Part shown: piece after piece, positions 1 to 10,355 of the stretch | Position numbering within the stretch: position 1 is the first letter of the stretch | How the letters are laid out: the number at the start of each line of letters is the position of its first letter | Source of the DNA: an uncultured Rhabdothermincola sp. | GTDB lineage: Bacteria; Actinomycetota; Acidimicrobiia; Acidimicrobiales; Acidimicrobilacustridaceae | Assembly (NCBI GenBank): GCA_964530525.1 | Contig: CAZHBH010000003.1 | Location: forward strand, 1,002 to 65,001 | Reading direction: 5' to 3' | DNA length: 64,000 nucleotides | Position numbers and translations under genes: made by a program | Notes under the pieces: model-generated | What the model was told of the DNA's origin: nothing | Databases searched by the model: none | What the model saw: only the letters and a program-made list of their open reading frames with translations

Positions 1-228
1 CACGATCTCGGCGTTCTGCAGCAGAGCCGTGAGGTGTCGGATCCGGCCCTCCATCTTCCCCTGCTCTTCCTTGGCGGCGTGGTAGTCGCCGTTCTCCGAG
101 AGGTCGCCCAGCTCCCTCGCCGCCTGGATCTTCTGGGCGATGTCGGTGCGCCCGTGGGTCGTCAGCTCGGTCAGCTCCGCTCGGAGCCGGTCGTGGGTCT
201 CCCTCGAGAGGTGGTGAGTGTCGTCCAC
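1..228 (-). CDS. greA: transcription elongation factor GreA, N-terminal part (3' end lies outside the window)
   Basis: Not in the ORF track because it runs off the window edge. The reverse-strand translation from GTG at 228 reads VDDTHHLSRETHDRLRAELTELTTHGRTDIAQKIQAARELGDLSENGDYHAAKEEQGKMEGRIRHLTALLQNAEIV. This fits the GreA coiled-coil, including the GDLSENxxYhAAKEEQ motif. Confidence 0.75.
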   Translation of the reverse strand, partial: MDDTHHLSRETHDRLRAELTELTTHGRTDIAQKIQAARELGDLSENGDYHAAKEEQGKMEGRIRHLTALLQNAEIV

Positions 229-405
229 GCGGGCATGGTATCCAGGTTCCGCGCCTGTGCTCGGTGCGGGGAACTTCGGGCGGCGACACCGGGCCGCTCC
301 CGTCCGCAACCTGTTTGCCGACGTTCCTCCCGCAAGACCACAATGGCAGCTCTGCTCGAAGCCCGCCAGGCCCCCGAGATCGGCTGAAGTGGGCTGCTTG
401 CACCA

Positions 406-1413
406 GTGGCCGCCGACGGATTGGCTGGGATTTTGAAGCACAAGATCGGAGTGATCGGGGGCGACGGCATCGGCCCGGAGGTGATCGCCGAAGCTCTCAA
501 GGTGGTGCGGGCCGCAGGAGTCGACGTCGAGACGGTCGACTACGACCTCGGTGGCGCACGCTACCTGCGAGACGGCACGGTCCTCCCAGACGAGGTGATC
601 GACGAGTGGCGTGGGCTGGACGCCCTTCTCCTCGGGGCGGTCGGGACCCCCGACGTCCCCCCTGGCCTCATCGAGCGGGGCCTGTTGCTGAAGATGCGCT
701 TCGATCTGGACCTCTACATCAACCAGCGGCCCTTCACCGCCCGCGACGGCTCGCACGACTTCGTCGTGATCCGCGAGAACACCGAGGGCACGTATGCAGG
801 GGAGGGCGGGTTCCTGCGCAAGGGAACCCCCAACGAGGTGGCGACCCAAGGGTCGGTCAACACGCGGATGGGGGTGGAGCGCTGCGTGCGGTACGCCTTC
901 GGCTTGGCTTCGCAGCGCGACCGCAGGCACCTCACCCTGGTGCACAAGACCAACGTGCTCACGTTCGCCGGCGACCTGTGGGAGCGCACGTTCGACGAGG
1001 TGGCCTCCGAGCACCCCGACGTGTCCACGGCGTACAACCACGTCGACGCCGCTTGCATCTACTTCGTCGAGTCGCCCCAGCGCTACGACGTGATCGTCAC
1101 CGACAACCTCTTCGGCGACATCCTCACCGATCTCGGCGGTGCGGTGTCCGGGGGGATCGGCTTCGCCGCTTCCGGCAACCTGAACCCGGACCGGACGGGC
1201 CCTTCCATGTTCGAGCCGGTCCACGGCTCGGCCCCCGACATCGCAGGTCAGCAGAAGGCGAACCCGATCGCCGCCATCGGTTCGGCCGCGATGATGCTCG
1301 ACTTCCTCGGCGAACCCGACGCCGCGGAGCGCGTCCGGAAGGCCTGCGCCGAGGTGTCGGGCCTGTCGGGCTCCACGTCGGCCGTAGGCGACGCGGTAGC
1401 CGAGCGCGTCTGA
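406..1413 (+). CDS. leuB: 3-isopropylmalate dehydrogenase
   Basis: 335-aa ORF with [14 protein letters not shown] near the N-terminus and [12 protein letters not shown], both typical of isocitrate/isopropylmalate dehydrogenases. The true start may be TTG at 433, which gives [12 protein letters not shown]. Confidence 0.9.
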   Translation: MAADGLAGILKHKIGVIGGDGIGPEVIAEALKVVRAAGVDVETVDYDLGGARYLRDGTVLPDEVIDEWRGLDALLLGAVGTPDVPPGLIERGLLLKMRFDLDLYINQRPFTARDGSHDFVVIRENTEGTYAGEGGFLRKGTPNEVATQGSVNTRMGVERCVRYAFGLASQRDRRHLTLVHKTNVLTFAGDLWERTFDEVASEHPDVSTAYNHVDAACIYFVESPQRYDVIVTDNLFGDILTDLGGAVSGGIGFAASGNLNPDRTGPSMFEPVHGSAPDIAGQQKANPIAAIGSAAMMLDFLGEPDAAERVRKACAEVSGLSGSTSAVGDAVAERV

Positions 1414-1458
1414 GCCGACACGACCTCTACCCTTAGCTGAGCAGGGAGAACGAACCCG

Positions 1459-2379
1459 ATGGCCATCACACCTACCGAGAAGATCTGGATGAACGGCGAG
1501 CTCGTCGACTGGGACGACGCCCGCATCCACGTCCTCACCCACTCGCTTCACTACGGGATGGGTGTGTTCGAGGGCGTCCGGGCCTACGAGACCGACCAGG
1601 GCCCGGCGATCTTCCGCCTCACCGAGCACATGGAGCGGCTCCACCGCTCGGCGCAGATCATGCTCATGGAGATCCCCTTCTCGGTGCCGGAGCTGGTGGA
1701 GGCCACCAAGGAGGTCGTCAGGGCGAGCGGCCTGCCGTCGTGCTACATCAGGCCGATCGCGTACCTGGGCTACGGCGAGATGGGTCTCAACCCGCTCCCG
1801 TGCGACGTCGAGGTGGCCATCGCGTGCTGGCCGTGGGGTGCGTACCTGGGCGACGACGCTGCCACGAAGGGCGTGCGCATGAAGGTCTCGTCGTGGACGC
1901 GCCACGACCACAACTCCATGCCGCCGCTCGCCAAGACCACCGGCAACTACGTGAACTCCTCGCTCGCCAAGGTCGAGGCCCTCAAGGCCGGCTACGACGA
2001 GGCGATCATGCTGAACCCGCTCGGCTTCGTGAGCGAGTGCACGGGCGAGAACATCTTCTTGGGGAGGGACGGCACGCTGGTGATGCCGCCCCCCGCCGCC
2101 GGAGCCCTAGAAGGCCTCACCCAGGACTCGGCTGTCACCATCGCACGCGACCTGGGGATCGAGGTGGTGACCGACTTCATCAGCCGGAGCGACCTGTACA
2201 TCGCCGACGAGATCTTCGTGTGCGGGACCGCTGCGGAGGTGAGCGCGGTCAGCTCCGTGGACGATCGTCCCCTCACGTGCCCAGGGCCGATGACCACAGC
2301 CATCGCCGGGGAGTACTCCCGCGCCGTGCGGGGCCAGGTCGACCGCTACAAGAACTGGTTGGAACACGTCTATGAGTGA
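1459..2379 (+). CDS. ilvE: branched-chain amino acid aminotransferase
   Basis: 306-aa ORF reading KIWMNGELVDWDDARIHVLTHSLHYGMGVFEGVRAY, a class IV aminotransferase pattern. It sits in a leu/ilv gene context. Confidence 0.9.
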   Translation: MAITPTEKIWMNGELVDWDDARIHVLTHSLHYGMGVFEGVRAYETDQGPAIFRLTEHMERLHRSAQIMLMEIPFSVPELVEATKEVVRASGLPSCYIRPIAYLGYGEMGLNPLPCDVEVAIACWPWGAYLGDDAATKGVRMKVSSWTRHDHNSMPPLAKTTGNYVNSSLAKVEALKAGYDEAIMLNPLGFVSECTGENIFLGRDGTLVMPPPAAGALEGLTQDSAVTIARDLGIEVVTDFISRSDLYIADEIFVCGTAAEVSAVSSVDDRPLTCPGPMTTAIAGEYSRAVRGQVDRYKNWLEHVYE

Positions 2380-4042
2380 TCCCGCCCGAGCGGCGGGGAG
2401 CGGGGAGCCCGCCACCCCGGCGGCTGTCGACATATTCGACACCACCCTGCGCGACGGCGCCCAGTTCGAGGGGATCTCGCTGACCGTCGACGACAAGCTC
2501 CGCATCGCCGAGCAGCTCGATTGGCTCGGGGTGCGCTGGATCGAGGGGGGCTACCCCCAGGCCAACCCGAAGGACGAGGAGTTCTTCAGGCGGGCTCCCA
2601 CCGAGCTCTCCCTAGGCACCGCCGACCTGGTGGCCTTCGGCTCGACGCGCCGGCCTGCGGGCAAGGTCGACCACGACCCGACCCTCGAGGCACTCATCGC
2701 CGCGGGCACCTCCACGGTGTGCATCGTGGGCAAGAGCTGGGACTTCCACGTCACCGAGGCCCTGCGAACCACGCTCGACGAGGGCGTGGCCATGGTGGGC
2801 GAATCGGTGGCACACCTGAAGGGTGCAGGCCTACGGGTGTTCTTCGACTCCGAGCACTTCTTCGACGGCTACAAGGCGAACCCCGAGTACGCGCTTCGCG
2901 TGGTGGAGGCTGCGGCGGCGAGCGGTGCCGACTGCGTCGTCCTGTGCGACACCAACGGCGGATCGCTGCCACACGAGGTGCAGCGCATCACCGCCGAGGT
3001 GGTGTCGTTCCTGGGCGACGTCGCCGTGGGCATCCACACCCAGAACGACAGCGGGTGCGCGGTGGCCAACTCGATCGCGGCCGTCGTCTCAGGCGCCACC
3101 CAGGTGCAGGGGACGGTGAACGGCTACGGGGAGCGCACCGGGAACGCCAACCTGATGGCGGTCATACCGAACCTGACCTTGAAGATGGGCGTTGCCACGT
3201 TGCCGGAGGGTCGGCTGGAACGGCTCACGCTGGTGAGCCACCACGTCGCCGAGCTCGTCAACCTCCCGCCGCAACCCTCCGACCCCTTCGTCGGGATGTC
3301 GGCCTTCGCGCACAAGGGCGGCCTCCACACCTCAGCCCTGGGCCGGGCCGGCGGAGCCACCTACGAGCACGTCGACCCGCAGCTGGTGGGCAACCACACG
3401 CGCGTGCTCGTGTCGGACCTGGGGGGCCGGGCCGGCATGTCGATGAAGGCCCAGGAGCTGGGTGTGGACCTCGATGACCAGGCCGTGGCCGTGCTCACCG
3501 AGGAGCTGAAGCGACTGGAGTCGCGGGGTTGGCTCTTCGAGGCGGCGGACGCCTCTCTCGAGCTGCTCATGCGCCGGGCGACCGGATGGGAGCCCGACTT
3601 CTTCTCGATGGAGGCCTACCGGGTGTCCAGCTACCACCGGGAGCGCCCGAACGGCTTGGCCCAGGCCATGGAGGGATCCTCGGGTGCGGCGGTGCCCGGC
3701 GAGGAGGTGGAGGTCTCCGTGGAGGCCACCGTGAAGCTCTGGGTGGGTGACGACCGCAGGGTTGCCGTGGGGGAGGGGAACGGCCCGGTCAACGCGCTGG
3801 ACGTCGCCCTGCGCGCAGCGCTGGGCGACACCTTCCCGGCGCTCGATCGCATCCACCTCACCGACTTCAAGGTGCGCGTGCTCGACGGCGTGGCGGCCAC
3901 CGGCTCGGTGGTCAGGGTCCTCGTCGACTCCACCGACGGCGACCGCACCTGGACGACGGTGGGTGTCTCGGAGAACATCATCGAAGCCTCCTGGCAGGCC
4001 CTCGTGGACTCGATCGTCTACGGGTTGCTGCACGCTGGTTGA
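2372..4042 (+). CDS. cimA: citramalate synthase (2-isopropylmalate synthase family)
   Basis: 556-aa ORF with DTTLRDGAQFEGISLTVDDKLRIAEQLDWLGVRWIEGGYPQANPKDEEFF, a HMGL-like/LeuA-type N-terminus of the CimA flavour. Its start overlaps the ilvE stop by 8 nt. Confidence 0.75.
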   Translation: MSDPARAAGSGEPATPAAVDIFDTTLRDGAQFEGISLTVDDKLRIAEQLDWLGVRWIEGGYPQANPKDEEFFRRAPTELSLGTADLVAFGSTRRPAGKVDHDPTLEALIAAGTSTVCIVGKSWDFHVTEALRTTLDEGVAMVGESVAHLKGAGLRVFFDSEHFFDGYKANPEYALRVVEAAAASGADCVVLCDTNGGSLPHEVQRITAEVVSFLGDVAVGIHTQNDSGCAVANSIAAVVSGATQVQGTVNGYGERTGNANLMAVIPNLTLKMGVATLPEGRLERLTLVSHHVAELVNLPPQPSDPFVGMSAFAHKGGLHTSALGRAGGATYEHVDPQLVGNHTRVLVSDLGGRAGMSMKAQELGVDLDDQAVAVLTEELKRLESRGWLFEAADASLELLMRRATGWEPDFFSMEAYRVSSYHRERPNGLAQAMEGSSGAAVPGEEVEVSVEATVKLWVGDDRRVAVGEGNGPVNALDVALRAALGDTFPALDRIHLTDFKVRVLDGVAATGSVVRVLVDSTDGDRTWTTVGVSENIIEASWQALVDSIVYGLLHAG

Positions 4043-5259
4043 GCGCCGAGCCGGGATCCAAGACGCCTCGCATCCGCCGGGGCGCCCGTCTGAGGAGGAA
4101 GAGCGCCTGGAGGGCGCTGGCGATCGGGATGGTCGCCACAGCGGCGAGCTTCGTGCCGATGTTCCTCGTCGGGACGCTGGCGGTTTACCTCCAGGCCGAC
4201 TTGGGCATCGACGATGTGGGTCTGGGTCTGCTGGTGGCCGTAGGGGCCATGTCCGGCGCGCTTTTCTCCACGCTCGGCGGCCGGATGGTGGAGCGGATCG
4301 GTGTGGGCCGGGCACTGCGCCTCGGCGTCCTGCTCTCGGCGGTCAACATGGTCGGGATAGCCACGGTGGCACAGAGCTGGGCCGTGGCAGCCGCGCTGAT
4401 GGTGTTCGCCGGCGTCGGCCCCACGCTCTCCCAACCGGCGACCATCCTGTGGCTCTCCCGGGAGATCCCCGCCGAGCGCCAAGGCATCGTGTTCGGCATC
4501 AACCAGTGCGCGGGGCCGGCTTCGACCCTCGTGGCCGGCCTCTCCGTGCCCCTTATCGCCGGAACGCTCGGCTGGAGGTGGGCTTACGGCCTGATCGGTG
4601 CGGTGACCGTGGTGCTGGCGTTCTGCGTGCCACAGAACCGGCGTCGGCCCCGGCCCGCTCGCCGCTTCAGCCGGGATGGCGACATGCCGCTGCCACCGCT
4701 GATCGTCCTGATGCTCGCACTGCTGTTGAGCCTCTTCACCATCACCGCCTTCTCGGCCTTCGCCATGAGCAGCATGGCCTCAGCCGGTGTTCCCGAGGGC
4801 GTCGGCGGGGTGGTGATCGCCGGGGGCAGCATCGCTGCGATGATCACCCGGCTCTCGGCCGGGCAGTTGGCCGATCGCCGCACAGGCGGAAGCCACCTGA
4901 GGACGTCGGCGGTCATGGTGGCCACCGGGTCGTTGGGCTTCATCTTGCTGTCGACGGGGAGCGCTTGGGCGATGGTGGGAGGTGTGATCGTGGTGTTCTC
5001 CATGTCGTGGGGATGGCAGGGCCTGTTCACCCTGGCCCTCACGAGGATCAACCCCAACGCTCCAGCGGCTGCCATGGGCATCGTCTTCACGGGCGGGAAC
5101 ATCGGATCGGTCATCGGACCGGCTGCCTTCGGCATCGTGGCCGGCGTCCACCTGGCCTCGGCATGGTGGATGGCGGCGGGGATGGCGCTGCTCAACGCGG
5201 TCCTGCTCCTCGTCGCTCGCAGGATGGTCATGAGGCGCCTGGCTCCAACGGCCCGGTAG
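4039..5259 (+). CDS. MFS transporter
   Basis: 406-aa hydrophobic ORF with about 12 predicted TM stretches and a basic N-terminus. The TTG start overlaps the cimA stop; the start is uncertain. Confidence 0.7.
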   Translation: MSAEPGSKTPRIRRGARLRRKSAWRALAIGMVATAASFVPMFLVGTLAVYLQADLGIDDVGLGLLVAVGAMSGALFSTLGGRMVERIGVGRALRLGVLLSAVNMVGIATVAQSWAVAAALMVFAGVGPTLSQPATILWLSREIPAERQGIVFGINQCAGPASTLVAGLSVPLIAGTLGWRWAYGLIGAVTVVLAFCVPQNRRRPRPARRFSRDGDMPLPPLIVLMLALLLSLFTITAFSAFAMSSMASAGVPEGVGGVVIAGGSIAAMITRLSAGQLADRRTGGSHLRTSAVMVATGSLGFILLSTGSAWAMVGGVIVVFSMSWGWQGLFTLALTRINPNAPAAAMGIVFTGGNIGSVIGPAAFGIVAGVHLASAWWMAAGMALLNAVLLLVARRMVMRRLAPTAR

Positions 5260-5286
5260 CCGGCACTCACCCCGCAGGTGCCGGCT
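5258..5286 (+). terminator. possible hairpin terminator after the MFS gene
   Basis: AGCCGGCAC-N11-GTGCCGGCT, a 9-bp stem starting inside the stop codon. There is no clear U-tract. Confidence 0.3.
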
Positions 5287-5377
5287 AGCTGCCCGGGTCG
5301 TTGCAGAGGCGCCGCACCGAGGCCGGCTCAGATCTGGTCCGGGGCTGCGGGGGCGGCTGAGGGGGTAGCCTGCCGAC

Positions 5378-5905
5378 ATGGCCGCACCCAACTACGTGCC
5401 CAGTGCGCCCGACGAGCAGGTGCGCGTCTACGAGTCGCCCCCCTGGAACCCGGATCCGTGGGTGGCCCACCGCCCCTCCGACCTCGTGGACGGCCAGCCC
5501 AGGGGTGGCCAGCTGCTCGGCAACCCCGGCCCCGACCAGGGCTACGCCCTGCTGCTGGCCCGGCGGTTCCGCGACGCACTGGTGCTCAGCGCTTCCGAGG
5601 ACGTCGATGACGCGATCGCAGGCTGCGTGGCAGTTGCGAACAAGCGGGCTTCCCTGTTCGGCAGGGCCCCGATGATCCACGACCTCACCGTGGCGTTCAC
5701 GCTGTGGGGCTTCCTCGGCGAGGCACACCCCTCTCTAGTGGCGAAGCGGCAAGAGCTGTTCGCCGCGGCGTCGCTCGGGCAGCACTACGCGGAGCGCAGG
5801 AGGATCGCTGCGGCCGTGCCTGCCGAGGTGCTGCGCAAGCCGCACACCGAGATCGTCGCGCTCTGCGAGGTCGACCCCACCCGAGAGAGCCTCCTCGACT
5901 TCTAG
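5378..5905 (+). CDS. hypothetical protein
   Basis: 175-aa ORF with ordinary amino-acid composition. It fills an otherwise empty gap. I recognise no motif. Confidence 0.5.
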   Translation: MAAPNYVPSAPDEQVRVYESPPWNPDPWVAHRPSDLVDGQPRGGQLLGNPGPDQGYALLLARRFRDALVLSASEDVDDAIAGCVAVANKRASLFGRAPMIHDLTVAFTLWGFLGEAHPSLVAKRQELFAAASLGQHYAERRRIAAAVPAEVLRKPHTEIVALCEVDPTRESLLDF

Positions 5906-5973
5906 CTACCCGACCTGCGCATCCGTGCCGTCGATCTGACGACGAGCGCACGCCGGTTCGGCGGATCCGGCGA

Positions 5974-6858
5974 CTAGGGGACCACCTCTACGGGGGTGCC
6001 GGCGGGGATCGTCTCGGCGAGCATCGTCACCACGTCGTTCGGCATGCGCACGCAGCCGTTGGAGGCTGCCGAGCCGATCAGCTCAGGGCTCCCGGTGCCG
6101 TGGAACGCGATCACCGGAAGACCGTCGTCGAAGACGTCGAGGGCCTCCGAGTAGGCGCTGGTCGACAGCAGCCAGGGTCCGTACACCTGCTGGCTCGCGC
6201 CGATGGCTGCCGTGTCGAGGATCTCGTTCACGTACAGCCGGCCCACCGGCGTGGGTGTGACGTCCCGGCCGATCACGACGCTGGTCTCGGTGAGGAGGCG
6301 ATCTCCCTGCCACATCCTCAACAGCCGATCCGACAGGTCCAGCTCACCGTGGAAGTCGTGCTCCGCGACCGTCACGTCAGAGGCCCGCACCCAACCTTCC
6401 TGGCCGTTGGGTCTGGCCGCCACCATCACCTTGAACCAGCCGTCACGCTCGTCGGTCACGACGTTCACCAGGGGGTTGCCGAAGTAGGTGGGGTTCTCGA
6501 AGGCCCACCCGTCGGCGGTCTTGCGGACACCGGCGGAGTTGAGGCCGGGCCGGGGGATGGGCGGCCGCTCGCCCTCGGCTGGCGCGGGTGGAGGATCGCC
6601 CGACCCGGGTCGCACGGCGAAGACCTCGAGCGTGGGCCCCGTGGCGGTGACGACCTTGGTTCGGTAGCCACCCTGGGGGTCTACGAGGGTGGTGCTCGGA
6701 GCTGCGTCGGATCCCGAGTCTCCGACGAGGGAGCACCCGGAGAGCAAGGTGACGAGGACCAGCACAGCCGCCACGATCCGAGCCGGGCCGGAGTTGGCGG
6801 GTCCGGCTCGCCGGTTGGAGGCGCGGGGCAGCAGCGTCGCTGGGCTCGGAGAGTTCAT
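5974..6858 (-). CDS. L,D-transpeptidase lipoprotein (YkuD domain)
   Basis: The C-terminus FHGTGSPELIGSAASNGCVRMPNDVV matches the catalytic His and SxGC(V/I)R(M/L) Cys motif. The N-terminus has a signal peptide with lipobox LLSGC. Confidence 0.85.
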   Translation of the reverse strand: MNSPSPATLLPRASNRRAGPANSGPARIVAAVLVLVTLLSGCSLVGDSGSDAAPSTTLVDPQGGYRTKVVTATGPTLEVFAVRPGSGDPPPAPAEGERPPIPRPGLNSAGVRKTADGWAFENPTYFGNPLVNVVTDERDGWFKVMVAARPNGQEGWVRASDVTVAEHDFHGELDLSDRLLRMWQGDRLLTETSVVIGRDVTPTPVGRLYVNEILDTAAIGASQQVYGPWLLSTSAYSEALDVFDDGLPVIAFHGTGSPELIGSAASNGCVRMPNDVVTMLAETIPAGTPVEVVP

Positions 6859-6906
6859 CCAGCGGCGATGGTAGCGGCGGTCGGGTGCCGCCTAGCATCG
6901 GATGGG

Positions 6907-8340
6907 GTGAGCCCCCCCGTACGAGTCCGCTTCGCCCCCGCCCCCACCGGATACCTCCACATCGGCGGTGCCCGCACGGCCCTCTACAACTGGATGTTCG
7001 CTCGCCAGCAGGGAGGCGAGATGATCCTGAGGATCGAGGACACCGACGCCGAGCGGAGCAGGCCCGAGCTCGTCGACGTGATATTCCGCGCCCTCGAGTG
7101 GCTGGGCATCGACTGGGACGGCGAACCGGTGAAGCAGTCGGAGCGCTCACAGCTCTACCTCGACGCCGTGGAGGAGCTCCTGGCAGGCGGTCATGCCTAC
7201 TGGTGCGACTGCACGCCCGAGCAGGTGAAGGCCAGGGCCGAAGCGAGGGGCGGCAAGCCGGGCTACGACGGCCACTGCCGCGATCGAGGTCTGGGACCGC
7301 CGTCCGGCGGCCGGGGGGTCGGTGACGCTACCGGCCAGGTGGTTCGCTTCCGCGTCCCGCACGAGGGGATCACCTCGTTCGAGGACGTCATCCGCGGCCG
7401 GGTGGCCTTCGAGAACGAGCAGATCGAGGACTTCGTGGTCCTCCGCTCGAGCGGGGAGCCGATGTTCATCGTGGCCAACGCAGTCGACGACGCCGACCTC
7501 GGCATCACCCACGTGGTGCGGGGCGAAGACCTCATCAACGTCACACCCAAGGTGCTGCTGCTGAGGGAGGCCCTCGGCGTGGGTGCCGAGCCCGTGTTCG
7601 CCCACCTCCCCCTGATCGTCAACGAGAAGCGCCAGAAGCTCTCCAAGCGTCGCGACGACGTGTCTGTCGGCGACTACATCGATCGCGGGTACCTCTCCGA
7701 GGCGATGGCCAACTACCTGGTCACCCTCGGGTGGGGGCCACCCGATGGTGTCGAGATCCGACCCATGTCCGAGATCGTCGAGCTGTTCCGGCTCGAGAGC
7801 GTGAACTCGGCCAGCGCCTTCTTCGACCAGCGCAAGCTCGACCACTTCAACGGCGCCTACATTCGCGCGCTCCCCGTGGACGAGTTCATCGAGCGCTCAA
7901 GACCCTGGCTCTCCGGGTCGGCGCCGTGGACGCCGGAGCACTTCGACGAGGCCGCCTTCGAGCGCATGGCTCCGATGGTGCAAGAGCGCGTGACCCGGCT
8001 CGATGAGGTCCCCGGCTACGTCGACTTCCTCTTCCTTCCCGAGCCCGTGCGCGACGAGGGCTCCTGGGCCAAGGTGATGTCCAAGGACCCGGAGGCCACG
8101 ACCCGTCTCCTCGACGTGGCGACGGAGCTGCTGCTGGCTTGCGAGTGGAGCTCTTACGCGATCGCCCAGGCGTTCAACGACCACGCAGACAGCCACGAGA
8201 TCAAGCGAAAGGTGCTGCAGGCACCGTTGCGCGTGGCGGTCACCGGCCGCAGCGTCGGCCCCCCCCTGTGGGAGTCGATAGAGGTGCTCGGGCGAGAGGA
8301 GACGCTTCGTCGGATCAGCCTGGCTCGGGCAGACCTGTGA
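6907..8340 (+). CDS. gltX: glutamate--tRNA ligase
   Basis: VRVRFAPAPTGYLHIGGARTALYNWMF carries the HIGH motif and KLSKRR is the KMSKS equivalent. The track ORF (5704..8340) is an artefactual upstream extension that overlaps the opposite-strand transpeptidase. Start candidates are GTG 6907 and ATG 6868. Confidence 0.9.
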   Translation: MSPPVRVRFAPAPTGYLHIGGARTALYNWMFARQQGGEMILRIEDTDAERSRPELVDVIFRALEWLGIDWDGEPVKQSERSQLYLDAVEELLAGGHAYWCDCTPEQVKARAEARGGKPGYDGHCRDRGLGPPSGGRGVGDATGQVVRFRVPHEGITSFEDVIRGRVAFENEQIEDFVVLRSSGEPMFIVANAVDDADLGITHVVRGEDLINVTPKVLLLREALGVGAEPVFAHLPLIVNEKRQKLSKRRDDVSVGDYIDRGYLSEAMANYLVTLGWGPPDGVEIRPMSEIVELFRLESVNSASAFFDQRKLDHFNGAYIRALPVDEFIERSRPWLSGSAPWTPEHFDEAAFERMAPMVQERVTRLDEVPGYVDFLFLPEPVRDEGSWAKVMSKDPEATTRLLDVATELLLACEWSSYAIAQAFNDHADSHEIKRKVLQAPLRVAVTGRSVGPPLWESIEVLGREETLRRISLARADL

Positions 8341-8356
8341 GGTCGGCAGGCCTCGG

Positions 8357-8959
8357 ATGATGACGGTGGTCCGTTGGGGGGTGCGGGCCCTCTTGTTGGC
8401 GCTCGGGCTGTTGGTCCTGTACGTGGCGGTGACGTTCGCGCAGGTCTGGTGGGCCTCCCGCCAGAACGACGCCCGGTCCGCCAGCGCGATCGTCGTGATG
8501 GGTGCCGCGCAGTGGGATGGACGGCCCTCACCGGTGCTGCGCGAGAGGCTCGACCACGCGGCGGAGCTGTGGGAGCAGGGGTACGCCCCGATCGTGGTGG
8601 TCACCGGTGGCAAGCAGGTGGGCGACAGGTTCACGCAGGGCATGGCAGGTCACTCCTACCTGCGCGAGCTCGGTCTACCCGAGGAGGCGATACGGGTCGA
8701 GGTGGAGGGCACCAACAGCTACGAGGAGCTCTCCGCCTCCGCTGTCATCCTGAGCGAGGAGGGGGTTCCGCCGGACGTCCTGATCGTCTCGGATCCCTAC
8801 CACTCGCTCAGGGTGGTGAAGATCGCCGAGGAGGTGGGGATGACCGCATCGGTCTCGCCCACCGAGGCGGCACCTCAGTTGGAGTCGTTGGCCCGCGAGA
8901 CGGCTGCAGTGGCCGCAGGGCGGATCCTGGGCTTTCGCCGCCTGGCGAACCTCTCCTGA
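8357..8959 (+). CDS. YdcF/ElyC-family (DUF218) membrane-anchored protein
   Basis: N-terminal TM helix, then IVVMGAAQWDGRPSPVLRERLDHAAELWEQGYAPIVVVTGG, typical of DUF218. Confidence 0.75.
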   Translation: MMTVVRWGVRALLLALGLLVLYVAVTFAQVWWASRQNDARSASAIVVMGAAQWDGRPSPVLRERLDHAAELWEQGYAPIVVVTGGKQVGDRFTQGMAGHSYLRELGLPEEAIRVEVEGTNSYEELSASAVILSEEGVPPDVLIVSDPYHSLRVVKIAEEVGMTASVSPTEAAPQLESLARETAAVAAGRILGFRRLANLS

Positions 8960-9040
8960 GCGACGCTGCACCGCGGCATCGGCTCCGACCAGATCGGGTT
9001 CGGAGTCCGACTGGAGCACCACTAGAGTGTGGGCCGCCCT

Positions 9041-9112
9041 TCGGGGGTGGTGTAATTGGCAACACAGCAGGTTCTGGTCCTGTTATTGGGGGTTCGAGTC
9101 CTCCCCCCCGAG
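9041..9112 (+). tRNA. tRNA-Gln (anticodon CUG)
   Basis: Folded by hand into a 72-nt cloverleaf. Acceptor TCGGGGG/CCCCCGA gives U1:A72, as in bacterial tRNA-Gln. D stem GTGT/ACAC, anticodon stem GCAGG/CCTGT with loop TTCTGGT, T arm GGGGG-TTCGAGT-CCTCC, discriminator G. CCA is not encoded. Confidence 0.85.
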
Positions 9113-9214
9113 CTTTCGAACTCGAAGTAGGGATCCGGCGAACGGCCGGCACCGTCTCGTTTCACGTCGATCGCGAGCCGCACGGGACCCTTGTCGGAGA
9201 GGTCCCCTGGGGCA

Positions 9215-10165
9215 TCAGGAACGGGTTCGGTCCAGGCGGTGGAGCTCAACCAGGCGGTGCTCGTCCACGAGCTCGCCCGGCCCTGGGCCTTCGCACTCGG
9301 TGAGCTGGACCTGGCGCACCCGCTCCGAGACACCCCTCAGGGCACCTGGCGACCCGTCGGGCCGCACGAACTGCAGCTCCACCTCGTCCACGCCGTCGCC
9401 CGGCGTGACCGTGGCGGTCTTCTCGTAGTCGAGCGACGCCCAGCCTTCCTGCACCAGCAGAGCAGCCTCCACGAGTTGGCTCCCCGGGTGGTCGAAGCCG
9501 GCGGAGCCCCGGTAGTGGTCGATGATCGTCGCGGGCTCGGGGTCGCGGTGCAGCACGGCTCGTAGCGTGGGAGGGTCGAGGAAGCCCCAGTAGGCCCCCT
9601 CCGGGAAGGAGAGGGCAGTGGGGGCGTAGCGGTGTCCCCCGAGGTGGCTGCTGCGCCAGAGGCTCACCTCGTCGGGCACGTCGTCCAAGTCCGCGACCAG
9701 GCGGGGGCCGAGCCGTCCGCAGCACACGTCTCGACTGCCGTGCCCGCAGACCAGCACGTCCCGAGTGGCCCGAGCACTGCTCCCCGCTGCGTGCACCGAT
9801 CCGTTGCCGTTGACGCTCGTCGAAGGGACGGTGTGCATGATCTGCTCGCAGGCGGCGGCGAGGTCTTCCGGGGAGTCGACCTCCAGGCGTTGGCGCTCGA
9901 AGCCGCGGAACCCGCCTGGGATGCGCGACCAGCGCACGACGAAGTTGCCCTCGGGACGGCGGGCTCCGGCGGGCACCACGGCTTGCACCCGGACCCGCCG
10001 TGGCGGTCCGAGCTCGGCCAAGCGCGCCTCTATCTCACCCAGCGGACCCATGAGGGCGACCTTGCTCGGCCACGGCATCGCCCAACCCACCAGGAGGTAG
10101 TCGGTGTAGCTGGGCCCACTTCCGGCCGGGCTCAGGTCGGCGGCCCGGGTCTGGGCGGAGCACAT
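9215..10165 (-). CDS. sucrase/ferredoxin-like (thioredoxin-like [2Fe-2S]) family protein
   Basis: VLVCGHGSRDVCCGRLGPRLV ... WRSSHLGGHRYAPTAL matches the sucrase-ferredoxin-like Cys/His pattern. I chose the ATG at 10165 (MCSAQTR...). The longer track ORF to 10429 would overlap the divergent neighbour. Confidence 0.65.
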   Translation of the reverse strand: MCSAQTRAADLSPAGSGPSYTDYLLVGWAMPWPSKVALMGPLGEIEARLAELGPPRRVRVQAVVPAGARRPEGNFVVRWSRIPGGFRGFERQRLEVDSPEDLAAACEQIMHTVPSTSVNGNGSVHAAGSSARATRDVLVCGHGSRDVCCGRLGPRLVADLDDVPDEVSLWRSSHLGGHRYAPTALSFPEGAYWGFLDPPTLRAVLHRDPEPATIIDHYRGSAGFDHPGSQLVEAALLVQEGWASLDYEKTATVTPGDGVDEVELQFVRPDGSPGALRGVSERVRQVQLTECEGPGPGELVDEHRLVELHRLDRTRS

Positions 10166-10355
10166 CGTCTCGTTGAGGATCGCCACCAGACCACTATCGC
10201 CCAGATCGGACCGCGACGAGGAGGGCTGCGAACTGCGGTGCCATATCGGAGAGGCTCGTGCCTTCCGGGTCCACCGTGCACAGCGTGGGCCCTGAGGAGG
10301 AAAAGGCAGGGAATGACACCCGGATGTCCAGCGTCCTTCATGCAAACATGGGCAC

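Noticed and set aside
229-405. A possible leader or riboswitch upstream of leuB.
   Set aside because: I could not fold a convincing conserved structure, T-box specifier/terminator arrangement, or Leu-rich leader peptide by eye. The region may simply contain the divergent greA/leuB promoters.
5704-6867. N-terminal 390-aa extension of the gltX ORF (track ORF 5704..8340).
   Set aside because: The extension overlaps the well-supported opposite-strand L,D-transpeptidase and has shadow-frame composition. GltX homology, including HIGH in PTGYLHIGG, begins only at about 6915.
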